NCBI GenBank assembly: GCA_045646345.1
Contig: JAZRKN010000001.1
Location: forward strand, 192,001-256,000
From: Candidatus Scatovivens sp.
Lineage (GTDB): Bacteria > Bacillota > Clostridia > TANB77 > CAG-508
Reading direction: 5' to 3'
DNA length: 64,000 nt
Shown piece after piece: positions 29,515 through 39,615 of the stretch (within the stretch, counting starts at the first letter, position 1; each line of letters opens with the position of its first letter). The notes below the pieces were generated by a model that saw only the letters and a program-made list of their open reading frames with translations, ran no database searches and had not been told where the DNA came from. Made by a program: the position numbers and the translations under genes.

Positions 29515-30711
29515 TTATTCTTCATTTTCTATAATTTTATTTAATTCATTTCCCATTTTTTCAATTAAACCAACAACTAAAGCATTTCCCATTGTGAAAT
29601 ATCTAAAACTTTCTGGCATACCTGTATCAGTCCAATTATCATCAAAACCATTAATTCTTTCTGTCTCTATTGGTGTTAATTTTCTTATTCTTTTTGTTTG
29701 TGGGTCTTCTATTGCATGTGAACTTCTATTTAATGTAGCTTCACTTGTTAGCATTGTTCTTGCAGGTCTATCAAGTGGATCTGGAAATGGAACTGCGCCC
29801 TCTCTAAAATGATACTCATGTGGTGTTCCAGCTTTTCTTAAAATATCTTTTGCACCTTTTGCATATTCCCATTTTGCAATAGTATCACCTATGTAATATT
29901 TTTCGTCTACATTATCTTGTATTATCTGGAATAGTTTTGTAGATTCAACAAGCTTTGGTAATACCTCAGTTGTATAAATCTTTCCATTTCTCATTATTCC
30001 TGCATTTTTAAAATCAAATTTGAATTTTTCAGAAATTTCGTATATATCTTCATATTCAAAATTCCACTCTTGTCCATCTATATTATTTTCAATTGGAAAT
30101 TCTTTAATGAAGAAACCATTTTCTAATACAAGGTTTTCTAATGAATTTACTTCTTTATTTAAACCATATTTTGTTCTATTCTTATATGCAAATATAAATG
30201 TTCTTCTTCTTCTTTGAGCAAATCCATATTCTGCCGCATTAATAACTCTCCACTCAACTGTATAACCTAAATCATTAAAACAAGCTAATATAACACCAAA
30301 ATCTCTACCTCTTTGATTAGCAGGAGATTTTAATAGTCTATCAACATTTTCTAATAAAACAAATGGTGGTTTCTTAACTTCTAATATATCTCTTATTTGC
30401 CACCACAATACACCTTTTTTCCCCTCAATACCTTGTGCTCCTGTATGTGCAACAGAATAATCTTGACAAGGAAATCCACCAACTAATAATGTATGGTCTG
30501 GTATTGTAGCTTTATCTATACTTGCAATATCTTCATTTATATAATTTTCATTTTTTCCAAAATTTTTAACATAACAATCAAATGCATATTGTGATTTTCT
30601 TCCTGGTTCCCATTGGTTAGCCCAAACAGTATTCCAACTAGAATCAGACCTTTCAAGACCTACTCTAAAACCACCAACTCCTGCAAATAATTCACAAACA
30701 CTTTTTTTCAT
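29515..30711 (-). CDS. dcm: DNA (cytosine-5)-methyltransferase, M.Sau3AI-like
   Basis: ELFAGVGG, GGFPCQDYS, LENVDRLLKSP, QRRRR, LTPIE.ER..GF, MGNA; start ATG 30711 after AAGGAG. Confidence 0.93.
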   Translation of the reverse strand: MKKSVCELFAGVGGFRVGLERSDSSWNTVWANQWEPGRKSQYAFDCYVKNFGKNENYINEDIASIDKATIPDHTLLVGGFPCQDYSVAHTGAQGIEGKKGVLWWQIRDILEVKKPPFVLLENVDRLLKSPANQRGRDFGVILACFNDLGYTVEWRVINAAEYGFAQRRRRTFIFAYKNRTKYGLNKEVNSLENLVLENGFFIKEFPIENNIDGQEWNFEYEDIYEISEKFKFDFKNAGIMRNGKIYTTEVLPKLVESTKLFQIIQDNVDEKYYIGDTIAKWEYAKGAKDILRKAGTPHEYHFREGAVPFPDPLDRPARTMLTSEATLNRSSHAIEDPQTKRIRKLTPIETERINGFDDNWTDTGMPESFRYFTMGNALVVGLIEKMGNELNKIIENEE

Positions 30712-30781
30712 TTTGTAACTCTCCTTAACTTCTTGTATTGTATAACTTTTTTTGTCATTTGTAAAGATCTTTTTCAAAAAT

Positions 30782-30810
30782 ATTATAATATTTTTTGAAA
30801 TAAAGATCAA
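30782..30810 (-). promoter_or_regulatory. Methyltransferase promoter with GATC in the -35 box
   Basis: TTGATC-N17-TATAAT; second GATC at 30766-30769. Confidence 0.65.
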
Positions 30811-30960
30811 CCATTTTTTATAAAAAAGTACTCTATAAAATAGAATACCGAATTTTTTTGAATTTTCTTCTGGTATTTTTTTAATACCAGAAAATTTTTC
30901 TTATTTTTTCCTATATATTTTATTTCAAAACACTATTCAATACTATACAACATCACTCAC

Positions 30961-30989
30961 TTGCAGTTGACATAATTTTGTGGTATAAT
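30961..30989 (+). promoter_or_regulatory. sigma-A promoter pointing toward the oriT/mob region
   Basis: TTGCAG-N17 (with TG)-TATAAT. Confidence 0.55.
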
Positions 30990-31514
30990 TAATATGGGTT
31001 TATAGGCTCAAAAGTCGTATCCCATGTGTCAGGAAATTTTAAAATAATTGAATAATTTTGTATCAGAAAATACACAAAGCATTTTATGTTTTGTGTATTT
31101 CGTGCGTTTATAAGGCTTTTTCTTAACCTTTTTCAACACTTTTCAAACGTTTTCAACGTTATTCAACACTACTTTTTCACAAAAAGCAAAATTTTTTCTC
31201 TGACGTAAGCATCAAAATTTTAATAGAAAGGACGGCGATTATTTATGCTCTATCTCCTACTTAAGCATTACTTAATAATACTAACGAAGTATGGCTGAAA
31301 AAGAATAATTATTTATAATTATTCTCTTGCTAAAATTCAGTTTCAAACTTGAATTTTAGTAAATAAAATAAGCGAACGAATATACTTGAATCATTTTCAA
31401 ATATATTTCGGAGATTATTTTATACTTAATTAATTTTAATATTTAGTTTTGAAAAAACTTAAATATTACTAAATTAATTAAGTCCAAGGGGTTATTAGGG
31501 GGAAATCCCCTGAT

Positions 31515-31556
31515 CATACAGAGTTCTTTCGAAGAAAGTACTCTAGTATGTTATAG
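31515..31556 (+). other. Putative MOBV-type oriT
   Basis: Imperfect inverted repeat ending TAGTATG-TTATA, one mismatch from the pMV158-family nic TAGTGTG/TTA; about 90 bp upstream of the relaxase. Confidence 0.65.
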
Positions 31557-31642
31557 CACTTCAAAAGTACTCTATACAGAATCCAAAGTAGCACATTGAA
31601 AATTTAATAAGAAAATCTAATTTATTTGAAATGGAGGTTTTT

Positions 31643-32698
31643 ATGGCATTTTCAATTATTCGTAATTCAAAATACAAACTGAAAGAACTAAACATTATAT
31701 TCAGACATAATGAGAGAAAAAATACTAACTATTCAAATGACAACATTGATAAAACTAAAAGTATTTTTAATTATTCTCTCAAATCTTGCAATATGCCCTA
31801 TTCAAAAAAATTTCAAGAAATAAAGAAAATGCACAATTTAAAAGGTCAGATGAAAGTAACTAATAATGTGGTTTGTGAGTATCTTATTACTGCAAGTCCA
31901 GAATTTTTTATTGAAATCGGACCTGAAGAAACAAAACGTTTTTTCAAGTGTGCATATCAATTTGTTTCTAACTACAAAAATTTAGGTTCGGAATTTATTA
32001 TTTCAGCAAGAGTACATATGGACGAATCAAATCCTCATATGCATTTAGTCTACATTCCAGTTGTACATACAGTTGATAAAAACAAAAATGAAATTAGTAA
32101 AATTTCTTGCTCTGAATTTTGGAAAGGCAAAAATAGTTACGCAAATCTTCAAGACAATTACCATAAGTATTTAACTAAATGTGGTTTTAATTTAGAACGT
32201 AGCAGAAACGTCGAGAATACACATTTAGCCATTAAAGACTTAAAGGTAATAACTAACTTTGAAGAACAACAATTTCTTAAAAAATCATCTCCTCACATTG
32301 AGGAAATGATTTCTAGTGATAATGTCGCAGAAATTAAAGAACATTATAAAAAGGTTATTCGTAAATACAACACTCTTTCACAACAATACATCAAAGTAAA
32401 AGCGATTAACGAAACTAATCAAAAATCACTAGACGATTTAAACCATAAATGTTCTACCTTGGAACATAAATGTTCAAAACTTGAAAAGACTTGTAAAAAA
32501 CTTAACAATTATATTCAAAAAACATTTGAAACTATAAGTCATTTAATTGGTTGGTCTATCAAACAATTAAAACAAGTTGTAAATGAACACATTATTGAAG
32601 AAAGACAACAAGAACTCGAAGAAGAATTACAAGAAGAACTACTTCAAGATAATGAAACTAATCTAATTGATACAAAAGAAAGATATTTTAAAAATTAG
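31643..32698 (+). CDS. mobV: MOBV (Mob/Pre) relaxase
   Basis: RHNER, NYSL, VHMDESNPHMH, coiled-coil C-terminus; start ATG 31643 after GGAGG. Confidence 0.92.
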   Translation: MAFSIIRNSKYKLKELNIIFRHNERKNTNYSNDNIDKTKSIFNYSLKSCNMPYSKKFQEIKKMHNLKGQMKVTNNVVCEYLITASPEFFIEIGPEETKRFFKCAYQFVSNYKNLGSEFIISARVHMDESNPHMHLVYIPVVHTVDKNKNEISKISCSEFWKGKNSYANLQDNYHKYLTKCGFNLERSRNVENTHLAIKDLKVITNFEEQQFLKKSSPHIEEMISSDNVAEIKEHYKKVIRKYNTLSQQYIKVKAINETNQKSLDDLNHKCSTLEHKCSKLEKTCKKLNNYIQKTFETISHLIGWSIKQLKQVVNEHIIEERQQELEEELQEELLQDNETNLIDTKERYFKN

Positions 32699-32720
32699 AA
32701 AGGTTTAAAGGTGATAAATT

Positions 32721-33956
32721 ATGGATAATAAAAGAAAAAATAAAAGTAACAATTTAGGATTAGGGTCAGTATTTTATAATAAACAAAGAGACACTTGGAC
32801 TTGTGCTTATTATGTTACTGACTTTAAAACTGGCGAAAAGAAACGTTGTAAAAAAACATTTAAAACAAAAGAAAAAGCTGAACAATTTTATGAAGAACAG
32901 GCTATGCAAAAGAATTCAACTTTGTATATTGAATATAACGGAATATTTCTTGGAAAGTTAATTGAATTTTTACTTGATAAAAAATATACCTCAAACTTAA
33001 TTACTGATAGAGGTTATGCTAGAACCAAAGATACAATAAGAATAATAAATCAATGTTATTTAGCTAATAAAAAAATAGATGAAATTAATAGCGAAGAATT
33101 ACAAGGCTATTTTAATTCATTAACTGAACATTACAGTAATTCTTCTATTCAAAAAATATTTTTCCAAGTGAAAAATGCTTTTGAATATTCTTTAAATAAA
33201 GGTTTTATTCATGAAAATCCAATGCTTGAAGTATTAAAACCTAAAAGTAAAAAAGAAGACAAAGTATTTCATGCCTTACAAGTAGATGAACAAAAGATAT
33301 TAACTGAATACATTGCCTCTTTAACACCTGAAGAAATGCCATATAAAAATTGTATTCTTTTAGAATTATATATGGGACTTCGTGTTGGTGAAGCATTAGC
33401 TCTACAAATTGGCGACATTAATCTTCAAAGAAATATAATCTCTATTAATAAAACTCTAACAACAGACATTGATAATCAAGTGTGTATAGGTTCAACTACA
33501 AAAACTTATGCTGGTCAAAGAGAACTACCTATTCCCGACTTTATGAGAGATTTTATTATAGAACAAATTGAAATTGCAAAAGAACATAAAAATCATATGC
33601 TATTTACTACTCCTGAAGGTCGACTTGTTCTTAATTCAACAGTAAATAGACAACTTAAAAATGTTGCAAAACAATTAGGTATTGAAACTCCTATTTCTAC
33701 TCACGTTTTAAGACATACTTATGGTACGCGTTGCATTGAATCTGGTATGAGAGCTGTTGCTCTACAAAGATTAATGGGTCATACTGACATAACAATTACA
33801 CTTAATACATATACTTCTATTTTTAATAAATATAAACTAGAAGAAATAGAAAAAGTAAACGATTACTTTATTAATAATAACATTTTAAATAATCGTTCTA
33901 CCTTCAAAATTGGTGATGGAAAAAATCAAGAAAATGATTTAGAAATCACTAGATAA
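32721..33956 (+). CDS. int: Tyrosine integrase
   Basis: N-terminal arm-binding-like region, GLRVGEALAL, HVLRHTY, MGH.DI.ITLNTY. Confidence 0.93.
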   Translation: MDNKRKNKSNNLGLGSVFYNKQRDTWTCAYYVTDFKTGEKKRCKKTFKTKEKAEQFYEEQAMQKNSTLYIEYNGIFLGKLIEFLLDKKYTSNLITDRGYARTKDTIRIINQCYLANKKIDEINSEELQGYFNSLTEHYSNSSIQKIFFQVKNAFEYSLNKGFIHENPMLEVLKPKSKKEDKVFHALQVDEQKILTEYIASLTPEEMPYKNCILLELYMGLRVGEALALQIGDINLQRNIISINKTLTTDIDNQVCIGSTTKTYAGQRELPIPDFMRDFIIEQIEIAKEHKNHMLFTTPEGRLVLNSTVNRQLKNVAKQLGIETPISTHVLRHTYGTRCIESGMRAVALQRLMGHTDITITLNTYTSIFNKYKLEEIEKVNDYFINNNILNNRSTFKIGDGKNQENDLEITR

Positions 33957-34005
33957 AATTACTACAAAAAACGCACTCAAATTGAGTGCGTTTTTTATAT
34001 AATTA

Positions 34006-34629
34006 TTAATTAACAATATATTTTTTAATTTCTTCAAATATATCTTTTGTTTTGGGATTATATTTATGATTATCTGCATAAGAAAAAAAGTCATTTGATT
34101 GTTTAGTAAAATCATTAGCCATATTATTTGTTTCAGTAACAAAATTAGGGTCTTTAACATTATCTAAAAAATTATAAAATATCTTTCTTGTAAATTTCAA
34201 ATCTTTAAAATATAAATCATATGTGTCTCTTAACTCAATTGCAATCATATCTCTTGTTATTTCATTTTCTAAAGCAATATAATTATCCAAATTAGCAACA
34301 TCTATATTTAATTGATCATCTGCTGTATAATCAATGTTAAACATATCTGTTGTTTGAATTATATTGGTAGCTTTTGAAGTTATATTTATTACTCTATCCA
34401 TTCCTTTTCCAGCTCTAGTGCTAAAAATCTCAGTTATTAACTCTTGTACTATTATTTTATTATTTTCATTATTTTTTTTATTTACATATTCATAAGCCTT
34501 TATATATTCTCCATTTTTTAAATATCCAATAGCTTTATTTAATTCTATTTGTGGTTTTAATGCTATTGATATTATTACACCTATTATCACAAAAACACTA
34601 ATACTTATAATTATAATTTTCTTTTTCAT
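34006..34629 (-). CDS. Membrane-anchored helical hypothetical protein
   Basis: N-terminal TM helix; GGAGG RBS; hairpin AAAAAACGCACTCAA/TTGAGTGCGTTTTT shared with int. Confidence 0.7.
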   Translation of the reverse strand: MKKKIIIISISVFVIIGVIISIALKPQIELNKAIGYLKNGEYIKAYEYVNKKNNENNKIIVQELITEIFSTRAGKGMDRVINITSKATNIIQTTDMFNIDYTADDQLNIDVANLDNYIALENEITRDMIAIELRDTYDLYFKDLKFTRKIFYNFLDNVKDPNFVTETNNMANDFTKQSNDFFSYADNHKYNPKTKDIFEEIKKYIVN

Positions 34630-34703
34630 TTTATTCCTCCAATCTTTTCATACATTTTATTATATCGTATCATAATTTTTTATATAAATAATTTTTGTAA
34701 TTG

Positions 34704-34925
34704 TTATTTATTAGCAATTTTTATAACAACATCTCCAACTTTTTTTGCAACATTTGTTATTTGCTTTCCGTGTTTTTTTACTACTGTTCCAACAGTAATT
34801 GCTCCAACAAAAACACCACCAACTTTAATATTTCTTTTTATTAAGCAAGCGGGACATTTCTTATTATCTTCTGTATCATAAAAAATTCTTCCACATTTAC
34901 ATTCTTTTTTAACTTTCATTTTCAC
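34704..34925 (-). CDS. Small protein with CxC/CxxC motif and hydrophobic Gly-rich segment
   Basis: CKCG...CPAC, VGGVFVGAITVG; GGAGG RBS; overlaps the upstream gene. Confidence 0.65.
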   Translation of the reverse strand: MKMKVKKECKCGRIFYDTEDNKKCPACLIKRNIKVGGVFVGAITVGTVVKKHGKQITNVAKKVGDVVIKIANK

Positions 34926-36006
34926 AATCCTCCACAGACACAGTATATAAATATTTTTTGTTATTTTTAAACTTATCTAACATTTGTTGTTTTATACTAG
35001 GATTTGATATCACTTCTACATTTTCTTTAAATTTTTCCCAAAAATTCATATTACTTTTATTATATGGATAATAATTTTGTAATAATTCTATTGCAGAAAG
35101 CCCTTTTTTAGATATAGGATTAGTTATAAATCTATTTAAAACACTTTTAAACATTTTCATTGCTTGCTCTTTATATTGATATTCTTCCATATAATCTAAT
35201 AATTGTAATTTAACACCATTATATTTAGTTACTAATTGCAAATCTTGTACTAAATATTTCATTGCATTTTCAACATTTCCATTTAACTTACTCAATGGAT
35301 TTTCTAATTCTTTTGCAAATAATTTAGATGTAGTTTCTAAATCTGTATAAATCGCATGAATAGCTGTTGTTATTCTTATATCAGCTTCGTTTAATAATGA
35401 TTTTCTTTCATTAAAATCATTCTTAAGCTCAGCTTTTAATACAAATTCTCTGGCATCTAAAAACGGAACTATCAAATCTCTATTTCTATCAATTTCTATT
35501 TGATAAGTTTGCAACTCACTTAATTCATTTAATTGTGTATATATCTGTTTTAATTGTAATTGTGTAGCAATATTATTCAATGTATTTATATTTTCATCAT
35601 TTGTTTTTATTTTTTTTAATGTAATATCTTTTACTCTTTCATTATTTTCATTAACAATTACTGCTCTTAAATTTCCATCAACCTGTTTTGATTCACCTAT
35701 TTTATAAATTCCTTTTTTTAATTTTGATTTTATTCCACGAGGTAAATTTTCAAAATCAGGAACTAAGGTTATATTTCCTTTAACTGCTATTTCTACATTT
35801 TGAATTACATCAGCTAGAATTGATAAATCCGAAAATGGCATTTTAGTAATTTTTTCAAATTTATTATTTTCTTTCAAAACTAATGACATTTCTTCTATAT
35901 AATTTCCAAAAAAATCACTCATCTTTTCAATGCTAATTCCAGTTCGATCTTCATCTGTTTTAAATATTATTATATCGTGATTATTTTTCTTTTCTAACAA
36001 ATTCAA
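34909..36006 (-). CDS. Hypothetical helical protein
   Basis: 365 aa; TTG start after AAGGGGGA. Confidence 0.7.
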   Translation of the reverse strand: MNLLEKKNNHDIIIFKTDEDRTGISIEKMSDFFGNYIEEMSLVLKENNKFEKITKMPFSDLSILADVIQNVEIAVKGNITLVPDFENLPRGIKSKLKKGIYKIGESKQVDGNLRAVIVNENNERVKDITLKKIKTNDENINTLNNIATQLQLKQIYTQLNELSELQTYQIEIDRNRDLIVPFLDAREFVLKAELKNDFNERKSLLNEADIRITTAIHAIYTDLETTSKLFAKELENPLSKLNGNVENAMKYLVQDLQLVTKYNGVKLQLLDYMEEYQYKEQAMKMFKSVLNRFITNPISKKGLSAIELLQNYYPYNKSNMNFWEKFKENVEVISNPSIKQQMLDKFKNNKKYLYTVSVEDCENES

Positions 36007-36422
36007 TTAAAATCCCCCTTTATATGTTTTCTATATCGAAAGACATTATTATCATAACATAAAAGCAACTAATATTCAATTAATTACAAATTTCTTATAC
36101 TAATCTTTTTCTACAATAGAACTTGTATTTTTCGCGAATTAATTTTATTTTCTTTTTTGTGTGTACACACATTTTTTGTTAATAGCATTTTTATTCCCAT
36201 TTTTTGTGTGCATATACATTTATTAGGAATATACATCTTTACTTTAATAGTGGATGCTCATTTTTTATTTATTTTTAACGTCATACAACATTTTCTAGCA
36301 CCATTCATTTATATTTTTCTCCCACCTACGCTCCACTTTTTTAAAAAACGAGTAAAAAAATGCAAATTTTACTCACCAAAATGATTTCTGTATTTATTGT
36401 GCCAGTTGAGTTTCCAAGTTCG

Positions 36423-36475
36423 TTGGTCAACAAAACGGTACTTTTTTGGTCAACAGATTTTCATTTGTTGACCAA
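36423..36475. repeat. Putative integrase arm-type sites
   Basis: TTGGTCAACA at 36423 and 36446, inverted TGTTGACCAA at 36466; related TGTTTCCCAA (20351) and GTTGACCAA (20364) at the other end. Confidence 0.65.
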
Positions 36476-36597
36476 TAGGTTTCTCACCACTCAAAATCAT
36501 TGAAAACCATTCAAGACTATTAAACGTAAAAAAGCTGATTTTTCAGCACTTTCAAAACTGTTGAAAAACGTTGAGAAAGGTTGAAAATCAGCCATGT

Positions 36598-36671
<74 letters not shown>

Positions 36672-36782
36672 ATTTCTTATATATTTATTATACACAAAAT
36701 TATTTCTATTTTCAAGTTTTATAAATTACAAACATAATGTTTAGATAAACACAAAAAAACGAGAACCAACTTGGCTCTCGTT

Positions 36783-37226
36783 TTAAAATTCTTTAGAATA
36801 ATAATACATATCTATACATTGCATATTTCCATCCCATATCTCTTCTTTGTAATTATCTACAAAGAAATTTTTTACTGTATGGTGATATCGGGTAAATCCA
36901 TTCAAAACATAAAATGGAATCATATTTTCTGTTGTACCAACAATCATTCTTTTGTAGTGCTTTTTATAAAGTTCAAATACATGTTGTACCATTTTTCCTG
37001 CGTATCCATTTCCTCTAGCTTCCGGTAATGTTGCAATATTCTTAAGTTCACATGTTTGGTCATCATATTTTGTAATAACACAAACACATACTGCTATTCC
37101 ATCATTTTCTCCAACATATAAATCACCTTTTTCTAAATACTGATTTACTATATTTTCATCTGGATCTGCTTCTAATAATATTTTCATATATTCAGTTTTA
37201 TTTTCTTCAACTTTACTTATTTTCAT
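36783..37226 (-). CDS. GNAT acetyltransferase
   Basis: LLEADP, ELKNIA..PEARGNGYA, FYVLNGF. Confidence 0.88.
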   Translation of the reverse strand: MKISKVEENKTEYMKILLEADPDENIVNQYLEKGDLYVGENDGIAVCVCVITKYDDQTCELKNIATLPEARGNGYAGKMVQHVFELYKKHYKRMIVGTTENMIPFYVLNGFTRYHHTVKNFFVDNYKEEIWDGNMQCIDMYYYSKEF

Positions 37227-37232
37227 GTTTTA

Positions 37233-37892
37233 TTAAATTTGTCCCTTATATTTAGTTTTGTATCCAGGATTTTCTTCAGGTCTTAATGCATTTGGATATT
37301 CAATATCTGTTTGAATATCCAAAACTGTTTTTTGTAATCTTGTATATATTTCATATGGATTTTCTAAGTCAAACATTGCTAAACGACCACTAGAACTTGA
37401 AGAATTATTTTGACTCAAATCAAGATCAAAATATATATCACCTACGCCTAACGTAGCATCAACTATACCCTTTATTAAAGTTACATTTCTTATTTCTTTA
37501 TAATAAACAGTTTTTACATCTACTCCCCAAATTCCTGTTTTTAATAATATTCTTCTATCTGTTACAAGATATTCTGTATTTTCCCATCTAATTCTAGCAG
37601 TTAAAATATTTCCTAACCACATCCAAAATGGCATCAAATGTATCGCCATAAATGGAATTAGAAAGAACAAAGGAGCAACCATGTCAGTTGCATTAATAGA
37701 AGAAACTATTATAGTAGCATCTATTGTAAACCACAGCAATGCAAATATAGTAAATGGTGTAAAAATACAATTAAGAAAATATGCTTTTCTACTAGGTTTT
37801 CCCTTCCAAATTACAGTTTCATCTTCAATCAACATATCTTCTATTCTAGCTTCTTCATATTGACTATTATAATAACGATCATATTTATTCAT
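37233..37892 (-). CDS. Membrane protein with bacterial PH domain
   Basis: E.VIWKGKP, two TM helices, Y.VTDRRI, LGVGDI. Confidence 0.8.
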   Translation of the reverse strand: MNKYDRYYNSQYEEARIEDMLIEDETVIWKGKPSRKAYFLNCIFTPFTIFALLWFTIDATIIVSSINATDMVAPLFFLIPFMAIHLMPFWMWLGNILTARIRWENTEYLVTDRRILLKTGIWGVDVKTVYYKEIRNVTLIKGIVDATLGVGDIYFDLDLSQNNSSSSSGRLAMFDLENPYEIYTRLQKTVLDIQTDIEYPNALRPEENPGYKTKYKGQI

Positions 37893-38031
37893 AATAAACT
37901 CCTATCTTATTTTAATTTATAACTTTTTATAAATTATATATTTAATTTAATAATCTTTCAATATATAATTTTAATTTAATGAAACAAAAAAGCCATCATA
38001 CTAGACTTTTCTAATACAATGACTAATTTTT

Positions 38032-38105
<74 letters not shown>

Positions 38106-38134
38106 ATATTTACTTTTGGTCAAGGAATAATTTT

Positions 38135-38208
<74 letters not shown>

Positions 38209-38358
38209 ATTATTTCCTCTGACAAGTATAAATTATAAAGTATTTAACCTGGTTTGTCAATAGAATTTTTAAATTTTTTTAAAATATTTTTATAAAAAAT
38301 AAAAAAAGAAGATTCTTATAAAAAGTATCTTCTTTTCTTATTTTTTTACTTATTTTAA

Positions 38359-38853
38359 TTAAGCTTCTGTTGTTTCAGCTTTTTTTGCTTCTTCAACTTT
38401 TGCTGCTTCTACAGCTTCTGCTACTGATTCTTCTGTAGCTACTTCAGCAACAACTGCTTCACCAGGAACAACTTCTTCTTTAACAACGATTTCTCTGTTT
38501 TCGATTCTTGCTCCAACTTTTTCTTTAGTTTTAGCAGCTTTACCTACTCTATCTCTTAAGTAGTATAATTTAGCTCTTCTAGCTTTACCTACTCTAACTA
38601 ATTCTACTTTTTCGATCATTGGAGAGTGAACTAAGAATGTTTTTTCAACACCTACACCGTAAGAAATTCTTCTTACTGTAAATGTAGCGTTAACTCCTCC
38701 ACCTTGTTTTTTAATTATAATTCCTTCGAAAACTTGGATTCTTTCTTTGTTTCCTTCTTTTATTCTTACGTGAACTCTAACAGTATTACCTACACGTAAT
38801 TCTGGTATTTTATTTTTTAATTGTTCGTGTTCAATTGATTTTAAAATATCCAT
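38359..38853 (-). CDS. rplS: 50S ribosomal protein L19
   Basis: [35 protein letters not shown]. Confidence 0.98.
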   Translation of the reverse strand: MDILKSIEHEQLKNKIPELRVGNTVRVHVRIKEGNKERIQVFEGIIIKKQGGGVNATFTVRRISYGVGVEKTFLVHSPMIEKVELVRVGKARRAKLYYLRDRVGKAAKTKEKVGARIENREIVVKEEVVPGEAVVAEVATEESVAEAVEAAKVEEAKKAETTEA

Positions 38854-38889
38854 TTTCTTTCCTCCTTCTTTAATAATGGATGAGTATTT

Positions 38890-39612
38890 CTACTCTTTAT
38901 TTTCTAATTCTTCTATTAATTTCATTTCTTCATCAGTTAAATTTACTTTTTTTAAAAGATCTGGTCTTTTTTTATAAGTTACCTTTATAGCTTCTCTTCT
39001 TCTCCATTTATTTATATTTTCATGGTGACCTGATTGTAGAACTTCAGGAACTTTCATTCCTTCAAATTCTTCTGGTCTTGTATACTGTGGATATTCTAGA
39101 AGACCTCCAGAAAAGCTTTCTTCTGAAGTTGATTCTCCAGTTATAACTCCATCAATATATCTTGCCACACTATCAATTAATACCATTGCTGGTATTTCAC
39201 CTCCAGTTAATACATAATCTCCGATTGAAATTTCTTCATCTACAATTTTATCTATTACCCTTTGGTCAATTCCTTCATAGTGACCACACAATAAAATTAA
39301 ATGTTCTTCTGATTTTGCTAATTCTTCGACTTTGCTTTGACAAAGTGTTTTACCTTGTGGTGATAAATATATAACTTTAGATTTTTCACTTTTTACTGAT
39401 TTAAAAGCATCATATACAACATCTGGTTTCATAAGCATTCCAGCTCCACCACCATATACAGTATCATCTACTTTTTTATGCTTATCTTTTGAAAAATCTC
39501 TAATATTTACAAGATTTATCTCCAATAAGTTTTTTTGAATTGCTCTTCCAATTACACTTTGTTTCATTGGTTCGAACATCTCTGGAAAAAGTGTCAGTAC
39601 ATCAAATTTCAT
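38890..39612 (-). CDS. trmD: tRNA (guanine37-N1)-methyltransferase
   Basis: VLTLFPEMF, YLSPQG, CGHYEGIDQR, SIGDYVLTGGE. Confidence 0.98.
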   Translation of the reverse strand: MKFDVLTLFPEMFEPMKQSVIGRAIQKNLLEINLVNIRDFSKDKHKKVDDTVYGGGAGMLMKPDVVYDAFKSVKSEKSKVIYLSPQGKTLCQSKVEELAKSEEHLILLCGHYEGIDQRVIDKIVDEEISIGDYVLTGGEIPAMVLIDSVARYIDGVITGESTSEESFSGGLLEYPQYTRPEEFEGMKVPEVLQSGHHENINKWRRREAIKVTYKKRPDLLKKVNLTDEEMKLIEELENKE

Positions 39613-39615
39613 ATT

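Noticed and set aside
26621-30810. A single dcm-925aa-ParB operon, and the ORF-track starts at 29428 and 30810
   Set aside because: A terminator and a separate promoter lie between dcm and the large gene; RBS positions support starts at 29398 and 30711
36157-36384. 75-aa plus-strand ORF near the att
   Set aside because: No RBS, T-rich low complexity with palindromes (TGTGTGTACACACA); more likely non-coding element end
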